IMG/VR virus record: IMGVR_UViG_3300039098_000071
Coordinates: 5,560-69,559 of that record
DNA length: 64,000 nucleotides
From: a virus
Strand: one strand, 5' to 3'
Positions within the stretch are counted from its first letter, which is position 1; each line of letters opens with the position of its first letter. A program made the position numbers and the translations under genes. Positions 56,845 through 64,000 of the stretch are shown one piece after another. A model generated the notes under the pieces. The model ran no database searches. It had not been told where the DNA came from and saw nothing but the letters and a program-made list of their open reading frames with translations.

Positions 56845-56861
56845 ATACTTAAGGGTTCTGC
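56845..56861 (-). promoter_or_regulatory. conserved promoter GCAGAACCCTTAAGTAT
   Basis: 16/17 match to the 21825 and 26789 copies. Confidence 0.7.
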
Positions 56862-56862
56862 T

Positions 56863-57675
56863 TCATTCTATGATGGGGATTGTACCACCAGACACTCTGA
56901 AGTTTTTCACGTATGCATAATAGCCACCCGCAGAGTATTGGTGTACATACAACTGAATTAGATCACCAGATTTCCATCCAGAGATGTCTGCCGACTTTGC
57001 AACATAAGTAACGGCGTCGGTCGATCTTTCGGTACCCACCACTGAACCGTTTTTATAGATTCTGCCATATGCAGTTTTATTAAGAGAACTGGTCTTCATA
57101 TCGAATGCGATGCGGAGCGTGCCCGAGATATGTTGGGTCTTGATCTCAAATTCTTTTAGCTTTACATACGTTGTGGAGGCGGTGTTCTCTTCTGTATCAT
57201 CCGTCGCAAGCCGTTCATCCCCCGCAAAGAATGTTGATAGTGCGGGGTTTATAACGATGCCAGCGGCATGGACGTCGCCAGCAGTGATGGATGTTGCCCC
57301 GGCATCCACATCAATGATCGCCAACAAGATGTCCCCCGACGGAATTGCGGGCGGATAAACAGGGTCCGACGTACCACCCGCATGATTAGCACCCTGTACT
57401 ATGATAGGATTGGTGCTGGTGGGGTCATAAGTAACCAAGTCTTTTCGGTACAATGTAGCATGAGAGGATGCCAATGCCAAGTTTTTAATGGTGGTCTCTG
57501 TATATGTGCTACCATCAACGTAACATCTCCCGACCGCCACATTTATACTCATGCTTGCCCCCGCAGACACCGTAAGCCCGTTAAGCACACCCCACGTCTT
57601 CGCTGCGAGTAGCATGTTATTCAACTGCACGTTTTCCAGTACTTCGCCAGATGAAAAATCTAATGTCATGTTCAC
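56863..57675 (-). CDS. tail fibre/receptor-binding protein
   Basis: GVLNGLTV...VAVG...DG...RKDLV...PAIP....LA.I.V N-terminal module typical of distal tail proteins; last tail gene. Confidence 0.65.
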   Translation of the reverse strand: MNMTLDFSSGEVLENVQLNNMLLAAKTWGVLNGLTVSAGASMSINVAVGRCYVDGSTYTETTIKNLALASSHATLYRKDLVTYDPTSTNPIIVQGANHAGGTSDPVYPPAIPSGDILLAIIDVDAGATSITAGDVHAAGIVINPALSTFFAGDERLATDDTEENTASTTYVKLKEFEIKTQHISGTLRIAFDMKTSSLNKTAYGRIYKNGSVVGTERSTDAVTYVAKSADISGWKSGDLIQLYVHQYSAGGYYAYVKNFRVSGGTIPIIE

Positions 57676-58046
57676 ACGTCCGATAATGTTGTCCGTATCT
57701 GATATTTGAGCTCAAATGCAACGGTCTTCGGTATCACAGTGTGTATCATGTGATTCATAAGCGTTCCGCCCGTTGCTGCATTGATGGCGCCGACCTCAGT
57801 TAGGTTGTTTCCGTTCGCCTCGCCAGCACCAACAAGCATCTGAAGCCGAACATCTTTTGCAATGGGTTTCGTCCTGCCAGAGATTGCGCTGCGGTTTGAC
57901 CCGTCTGGGAGTACCTCTGTCTCAAGCGCCGTGTCGCTTGCAGCCGCGGCAGTTGTGCCGGTCCCGATAGCGATGTGTGTTGGCATCGTGACAGAGTCGC
58001 CATAGATAACGTCACGTAACGAGTTAAGGAATGCATCAACAATCAT
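57672..58046 (-). CDS. tail tip/baseplate-associated protein
   Basis: THIAIGTGTTA...DTALETE...EANG..LTEVG...K...FEL. Confidence 0.7.
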   Translation of the reverse strand: MIVDAFLNSLRDVIYGDSVTMPTHIAIGTGTTAAAASDTALETEVLPDGSNRSAISGRTKPIAKDVRLQMLVGAGEANGNNLTEVGAINAATGGTLMNHMIHTVIPKTVAFELKYQIRTTLSDV

Positions 58047-58300
58047 GTCCCATCACCTGCGTATAATATTACTGGCGCCCCCCGGCGATCACCTATTGCG
58101 GTCTCGCCGAGGATGCCATGCCCTATCAGGAATGACGTGTTGATATCTCGTTTATAAATATATAAATAGTCTGTTACACCAATGTCTTCCTCGATCGACA
58201 TGAAACTCAATACAGTGTCTGTCGCCGAGCCAATGCACTCTTCAAGTCGTTTCAGTCGAGTGTCGATATCATTAATGAACGTTGCAAGAGGATTGTTCAT
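58043..58300 (-). CDS. small tail-cluster protein
   Basis: 85 aa with ATGA overlaps. Confidence 0.6.
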   Translation of the reverse strand: MNNPLATFINDIDTRLKRLEECIGSATDTVLSFMSIEEDIGVTDYLYIYKRDINTSFLIGHGILGETAIGDRRGAPVILYAGDGT

Positions 58301-60867
58301 ACTTCCTCCATTTCAAGTTGATTGTATATGAATTTAACGCCTACGTTCATCGAACTGCTCTGGATCTTCATGACTTTGTTTATTGCTATCCCCGGTTCGC
58401 TGATTGTAAGCAGCACGTTGTCTCCCGCCTTGAGATCGTCACCCAGAACGGTGAGGCTTGCGGTCTGCTTGGAGTATGTCATCAGCATTTCGCCTGCCAG
58501 GATCTCTGCCACTTGCGGGTCTTCAATCTTGTCGTCACGGTGGACGTCTGTGTATATCCCGTATTGTTCTTGTGACGTGTCGTCGTTCGACATGACCGAC
58601 ACACGCGCCGGATACCGCGTGCTATAATCAAGCACCGTGCCCCCACTGTCCACACCCACATTAATGCCTGCCGATGTGGGGCTTAACACGAGGTAATAAT
58701 TAACACCCGGTGTAAGAGTGACCTGATTATCGAATCGGAATTCTGTGTAACCACCATCAATAATCGATGTGTTTTTCACAGTAAGCTGTCCATTTGATAG
58801 ATTTATTCCATCTGCACTTCCCCCGGATTCCCCCTGTATTGATAGATCGAGATCCGGTGTGCCACTTACCAATTTCGTATATATAAGAACACTACCAAGA
58901 TAATCCTCCGTCGGAACAAACAATTGTGTTCTCGGCGGCGTGGCGGCGAGGGCGACTGTGTGGTCATAGCCGCTGCCGTGTTTGTCTTCGACTTGGTGAT
59001 AGCCACCGATCACAATCGCACGATTCACAACTGCACCAATATCCGAGATCGTGGGTGCTCCGTCCAAGTCGCCGTCTACAATCGTTGCTGTGGTTGCCAC
59101 ACCAGCAGGATCGAAGAAATGCAGCTTCGAATCTGGATCAACGTACCAATCATACCCCACCAGATCTGCCAGTTCCTTGATCGCTGCGCTCAATGATTTC
59201 CACACGTACGACGCCTCATCTATGCTATACGATGTGCTTTCGATATATGCGTTGCTTGCGTCGATCCCTGCCAGTTCACGATAAGAATCACCGGTTGTGA
59301 AATCAATCGTGTCGATGGCGGCGATGAGTAATGCACTTACTTCTTGATCATAGAATCTCCCAGAAAAGAAGATGTGATTTAGTCGAACACCACCATCTTC
59401 GCCAACCACATCCATAAGTGGCAATGACCCTGTCCCGTCCATGGTTTTCGACACGTCGGAAACGTACCCCGACAGCTTCAAGTCATTGACTCCGTCCATG
59501 CCAATTAAGACCTCCACCACACAACCACGCGTAAGCCACGCATAGCGGTCTGCCGTATTGAGTAACGAAATCGAAAACGTGTCGGTGGAATCCGTAAGCT
59601 CAGTGCCGACGTCAAGAGCAATCATATCAGATATGGTATGTCCCGTTCCGTCCAGATCAGTGAAACACACCCGCCCCGACGGGGTATCTTCCATTGTTCC
59701 GGGCGGATGGTTGTACAACCACGTGATTTCTGATTTGATGAGTGCTCGATCATATACACGTAACTCGTCGACCTGACCCGATAGATACTCTCCCCATCGA
59801 CTATTTGCACCAATCCACATGTCGTCACCGATCGGATTAATCACAAACGACGCGGTCGTGGAGCCAATTGATACTGTGTCTAAGAACAGTTCCATGTCGG
59901 ACCCGTCATATCGTGCAACGACGTGGTGCCACACCCCAGCAGATAACCCACCTGTCGATGTGATGTTTGAATATCCACCGTCGTGATATAATATAAACCA
60001 CAGCTTGGTGTCTTCGGCGGACAAATATATGGCAGATGTCGCATCATTTGTTCCCACTTTTGCACATATCGACTGCCAGCCAGAAACCGAATCCAATTTT
60101 ATCCATGCTGAGATGCTGATCGCTGTGAGGATATTCAAACTACTACTATGTGTACAGAGTACATATTCATCCGAGCCGTTAAAGTCCAGCGCATCGCCCG
60201 ACTTTCCAGAAACCCAATTTGAATCATTCATGTTCTGCAAGGCGCCGGTGTTGCCTTTGCCGGAGTCGTCCCGTGCAGACGTACCTGAACCATCATTGAA
60301 CGGTAGGTAAAGCATGAGACCATCGTCTAAGGTGACTTCGTAATCTATTTCTATCTTTGCACTTGATGTGGGAGCGGAGTCATACGCGGTGATTCCAATG
60401 ATATCCACGTCCCCGCCGGTCGTGTCAATTGTCACCGACATGGCATTCGAGTATTGCCACCCACTTCGGTGAACAATCTCTTGGACGATTGTGGTGATGT
60501 CGATTGATGCCCATGCGCCAACACGCAGGTTTGTCCAGTCTGCCGCGTTTGCTGGTATTGCCGCGTCTGTTAGTGGTCGTTGAGATGGTATGTTACTCGA
60601 TGACCATGTAGCTGGATCATCTTCGGCAACACCACGTATAACTGCTTGGAGACTACCAGACACCTCTGTCGGGTATATCAATAATTTTGCAGAACGGATC
60701 GCCGCATTGTGTGGGATGTGCAACGATTGCCACCGCAGCCCAGTTGAATATCGAAATGATAAAGCGTGCCCCACATACACAGACGAACTGGTTGTGTTTA
60801 CCGATGTGTAATTGGATTCACGACAGTCATCCGTACCGAGCACAATCTGTTTTGTGATTAATGTCAT
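58297..60867 (-). CDS. tail hub/Tal-like protein with inserted LamG domain
   Basis: LamG (YLPFNDGSG...WHHVVARYDG...VDELRVYDRAL) followed by hub motifs (AIKELADLVGYDWYVD...LHFF, VNRAIVIG). Confidence 0.75.
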   Translation of the reverse strand: MTLITKQIVLGTDDCRESNYTSVNTTSSSVYVGHALSFRYSTGLRWQSLHIPHNAAIRSAKLLIYPTEVSGSLQAVIRGVAEDDPATWSSSNIPSQRPLTDAAIPANAADWTNLRVGAWASIDITTIVQEIVHRSGWQYSNAMSVTIDTTGGDVDIIGITAYDSAPTSSAKIEIDYEVTLDDGLMLYLPFNDGSGTSARDDSGKGNTGALQNMNDSNWVSGKSGDALDFNGSDEYVLCTHSSSLNILTAISISAWIKLDSVSGWQSICAKVGTNDATSAIYLSAEDTKLWFILYHDGGYSNITSTGGLSAGVWHHVVARYDGSDMELFLDTVSIGSTTASFVINPIGDDMWIGANSRWGEYLSGQVDELRVYDRALIKSEITWLYNHPPGTMEDTPSGRVCFTDLDGTGHTISDMIALDVGTELTDSTDTFSISLLNTADRYAWLTRGCVVEVLIGMDGVNDLKLSGYVSDVSKTMDGTGSLPLMDVVGEDGGVRLNHIFFSGRFYDQEVSALLIAAIDTIDFTTGDSYRELAGIDASNAYIESTSYSIDEASYVWKSLSAAIKELADLVGYDWYVDPDSKLHFFDPAGVATTATIVDGDLDGAPTISDIGAVVNRAIVIGGYHQVEDKHGSGYDHTVALAATPPRTQLFVPTEDYLGSVLIYTKLVSGTPDLDLSIQGESGGSADGINLSNGQLTVKNTSIIDGGYTEFRFDNQVTLTPGVNYYLVLSPTSAGINVGVDSGGTVLDYSTRYPARVSVMSNDDTSQEQYGIYTDVHRDDKIEDPQVAEILAGEMLMTYSKQTASLTVLGDDLKAGDNVLLTISEPGIAINKVMKIQSSSMNVGVKFIYNQLEMEEV

Positions 60868-63800
60868 ATCAACATCCTGAGTGACCGGGTGATCTTGCGA
60901 TCGTGTTCATCAAGCAGTCGGTTCAAATCGTCCACGCCATACACATTACCAATGTTGTAATGATTGTTAATAGTTACCCCGCGTGGCCCGTTGATGAAAT
61001 CGTCCACAGATCGTTTCGGGACCACGAATTCTCCAGCGTGCACTTTCGCATACATGTCACGAGGAATGAATCCACCTGATGCAAACTCTTCTACAACCGA
61101 TTTTAGATCATTCGATACAAGTCCTTTGGTCGACTCCCGAAGCGCATCTTGTTCTGCTGATGTTAATTGATCCCATGCATATTCTGTAAACCACAGCCCC
61201 TGTCCCGACGCCCCGGTCAAAAGATCCAAACGGGTATCTGTTGTGCCACCTTCCCACTTCTTGTCTTGAGTAGGGTTCCATCCGCGCGCACTAGCCCCAC
61301 TTTCATCGGCCCCACTGCTTTCTATAATAATCCCCTCCACATCTACCCACTCATCAGAGCGATTATATTCTCCATTGTCATCTCTCTCAGATATGCGGCC
61401 GGCTTCTCTTTCTTGTTCCGCTATCTTTGCATTCATATCATCGATCGAACGCCCCACCGATGCGACAGATGATTGTGCTGATGCAGCCCAGGTATCGATC
61501 ACACCGCCTGCATCGGCTGTCCACAACTTTGTAGATGTAACTGCTGATGCCCCGCCCGACGTAACGGCTTCGACAACGCCACCCATACCAGCACTCATTT
61601 TTGATATCCAGCTCGTGCCACCTGCCCCGATTGCCAATGCAACATTTCCGCACCACGTGCCTGTATTTGCCACGGCGGTAGCACCGCCAGTCGTAACTGC
61701 TGCTGATACAGTACCCATTCCGGAGGTCGTCTCGGACCCCCAACCCGGAACAAGGGATTTAATCTTTGCAGTTATGTTGCCGCACCAAGTGGATGTATTT
61801 GCTGTCGATGTTTCACCGCCAGTCGTAACCGCCGCTGCTACAGTATCCATTCCAGATGTCGTTTCGGTTCCCCAACTCGGGACAAGTGCTTTGATTGCTG
61901 CAGTTGCGTTACCACACCACGTGGTCGTGTTTGCTGTCGATGTTTCACCGCCAGTCACAACAGCAGCAGCAACACTGTTCATCCCATCAGTGACTGGCGC
62001 AACCCAGCTCCCGGCACCGGTCTCGATCGCAGATGTTGAATTGTCGCACCACGTGGTATTATTTGTAGTTACCTCTGCACCGCCTAATGTGACTGCAGAA
62101 GCTATTTGTGCTATGATATCAGTAACCGGCGCAAGCCATCCACCTGCAGCAGTTGATATGGCTTCTTTGACAGCGTCACATAATTCTGTCGCTGCGGTAA
62201 TCACTGCCCCGCCGGCTGAGGTAATTGCTTCACCGATGGCATTAATTGCATCTGTAACTTCAGGTGGCCAATTGCCAACTGCGGTCGATATAGCTTCTTT
62301 TATATTGTCACACAATTCTGTTGCGGCAGTAACCACTGCCCCACCGGCAGAAGCAATTGCTTCGCCTATGGCGTTGATTGCTTCCGTAATCTTTTCTGGC
62401 CAATCACCTGCAGCAGTTGATATGGCTTCTGAGATACTACTACATAATTCAGTTGCAGCAGTGATAACGGGTTCACTACCAGATGTAATCGCTTCTCCAA
62501 GTTTGCCAACTGCTTCCGTAATCTTCTCCGGCCAATCACCTGCAGCAGCAGTGATTATAGGACCGACTTTTGCCAGCAGTTCTGAAGCACCTGCCACAAG
62601 CGCATCCCATGCACCTACCCAATCACCCTGTAGAATCGCCATGCCCAACATTATAGCAGTTTTTATGCTGGTCAATTGTATATCAACTACTAATGCAATA
62701 GCATCAAATGCCATTGATACGGACTCGCCCCACTTACCACCAACACTTTCACCAATAGCATCGCCGATCGCGCCGATCGCCTCGACAATGGATGGTCCCC
62801 ATTTTGTGATGTAATCAACAATCGTTGTTCCGATTGCTGTTACGCCTTCCACCAAAGCCTCCCATGCACCTGCCCAATCGCTTTGTACCAATGCCATGCC
62901 CACATTAATTGCCGTTTGCACTGCTGTTAATGCGATACCAACTGCAGCAGCCACTCCGTCCCATATTGCTGCCGCCGCTTCTGATATTCCTGGACCATAC
63001 TCAGCCCACATCGCCGACATGTCGCCTAAAAACCCCGACACTACTCCGGTTATAGCAGCGACCGCAGTCGCAGTTTTCTCTTGTATCCCGAACCAATTTT
63101 CATCCCATGCAATCGCAAACAATGCAACCGCCACGATAAGCGCAGCGAGCGGTATATTTATGGCAGCGAGTGCCGCAGCAATACCACCCGTCACAATCGC
63201 TATGATTCCTCCAGATGCAATGATTGCTGTGGCAAGTCCGGAAACCGCTGCTACGATCGCGGCATACGTGGCGGCAACGGTTGCAATTAGTCCCAGTGCA
63301 GAGTAGATAGCAACCAAAGCAGCAGCGAACTTCGTTAGTGTTGGATGATCTGCGAAATACTTTAATATGTCTGCTACGATACCTGTAAGCGTGTTAAGAG
63401 CAGTTGCAGCAGTGTTTGCCGCAATACCGATGGCCCCTAAAATAACTGCCAGTGCAACATCGGTAACATCATATTTCGTTAATGCCGCCCAAATATCGTT
63501 GATCAGTTCAGCGACATGACCAGCAATCTCGATGATACTAACAAACGATGATACTACGGCAGTCGCTGTTGGCGCAAGCTTCGTAGTTACCGCATCAACG
63601 AAATTCGATATAGCATCCGACATTGTGGAGAAGTCGCCGGTAACAGCATCACGAAAGCCCGCCGCATTTGTATCCCATGCTACCTTCAATCCCAACGAAG
63701 CAATGTTGATTTCCGCGAGTTTCCCGATGAATGTGCCCACTGCAACCTTCGCGATAAGCAATGCGCCGCTGTCTATCTCTGGTAATACCAACGTGGGGAT

Positions 63801-64000
63801 CGTGGGCCAGGTAAATGCCGGTATCTCAGGCCACACAAATACGTAATCATCAAACAATCCTATCAATGGATTAACTGGTTTTGGCAATACCAATACTGGT
63901 ATTTCTGGCCACACAAATACGTAATCATCAAACAATCCTATCAATGGATTAACTGGTTTTGGCAATACCAATACTGGTATTTCTGGCCACACAAATACGT
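60864..64000 (-). CDS. tape measure protein (5' end outside the window)
   Basis: >1040 aa, Ala/Gly/Trp-periodic, WDENWFGIQ, GDW..AW, 40-aa repeats, C-terminal FASGG...AKVHAGEFVVP. Confidence 0.9.
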   Translation of the reverse strand, partial: VFVWPEIPVLVLPKPVNPLIGLFDDYVFVWPEIPVLVLPKPVNPLIGLFDDYVFVWPEIPAFTWPTIPTLVLPEIDSGALLIAKVAVGTFIGKLAEINIASLGLKVAWDTNAAGFRDAVTGDFSTMSDAISNFVDAVTTKLAPTATAVVSSFVSIIEIAGHVAELINDIWAALTKYDVTDVALAVILGAIGIAANTAATALNTLTGIVADILKYFADHPTLTKFAAALVAIYSALGLIATVAATYAAIVAAVSGLATAIIASGGIIAIVTGGIAAALAAINIPLAALIVAVALFAIAWDENWFGIQEKTATAVAAITGVVSGFLGDMSAMWAEYGPGISEAAAAIWDGVAAAVGIALTAVQTAINVGMALVQSDWAGAWEALVEGVTAIGTTIVDYITKWGPSIVEAIGAIGDAIGESVGGKWGESVSMAFDAIALVVDIQLTSIKTAIMLGMAILQGDWVGAWDALVAGASELLAKVGPIITAAAGDWPEKITEAVGKLGEAITSGSEPVITAATELCSSISEAISTAAGDWPEKITEAINAIGEAIASAGGAVVTAATELCDNIKEAISTAVGNWPPEVTDAINAIGEAITSAGGAVITAATELCDAVKEAISTAAGGWLAPVTDIIAQIASAVTLGGAEVTTNNTTWCDNSTSAIETGAGSWVAPVTDGMNSVAAAVVTGGETSTANTTTWCGNATAAIKALVPSWGTETTSGMDTVAAAVTTGGETSTANTSTWCGNITAKIKSLVPGWGSETTSGMGTVSAAVTTGGATAVANTGTWCGNVALAIGAGGTSWISKMSAGMGGVVEAVTSGGASAVTSTKLWTADAGGVIDTWAASAQSSVASVGRSIDDMNAKIAEQEREAGRISERDDNGEYNRSDEWVDVEGIIIESSGADESGASARGWNPTQDKKWEGGTTDTRLDLLTGASGQGLWFTEYAWDQLTSAEQDALRESTKGLVSNDLKSVVEEFASGGFIPRDMYAKVHAGEFVVPKRSVDDFINGPRGVTINNHYNIGNVYGVDDLNRLLDEHDRKITRSLRMLI
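63829..64000. repeat. perfect 78-bp in-frame tandem repeat within the tape measure gene
   Basis: Unit WPEIPVLVLPKPVNPLIGLFDDYVFV, at least 2.2 identical copies, running off the window. Confidence 0.9.

Noticed and set aside
61375-62814. 479-aa plus-strand ORF and similar long antisense ORFs (e.g. 9121..9906, 22136..22804)
   Set aside because: Shadows of Ala/Thr-rich or codon-biased genes on the opposite strand, with no recognisable motifs
1-64000. Integrase, att sites, transposase, relaxase, DNA polymerase B, protelomerase
   Set aside because: No recognisable catalytic motifs seen; they may lie outside the window or be too divergent to recognise by eye

Overview
A 64 kb segment of a tailed (Caudoviricetes, HK97-type, probably siphovirus-like) archaeal virus or provirus. 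The host is most likely an anaerobic Methanosarcinales/ANME-type archaeon, inferred from TATA/BRE promoters, GGAGG/GGTGA ribosome-binding sites, MCM, ERCC4, cohesin-dockerin proteins and an NrdD-like module. Virion genes lie in three blocks: head/neck (1-13.9 kb), terminase (21.8-23.7 kb) and tail (56.9-64 kb). There are two replication modules, each beside a palindromic iteron element: MCM with a perfect 87-bp inverted repeat, and a stand-alone Prim-Pol with a D5/SF3 helicase and a 25-bp inverted repeat. The most unusual features are: (1) a self-contained VirB2/VirB6/PrgI/VirB4-like transfer operon with no relaxase or coupling protein, inside a virion-producing genome; (2) a family of candidate small RNAs that mostly begin 22-23 nt after TATA boxes, fold into stem-closed loops, and in two cases can pair (with G-U wobbles) over the SD/start codon of distant viral genes, plus a cis-antisense RNA in the helicase gene; (3) a stand-alone NrdD glycyl-radical domain; (4) secreted cohesin-dockerin proteins next to a papain-like protease. 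All product calls come from motif recognition by eye; no database search or RNA folding was run.
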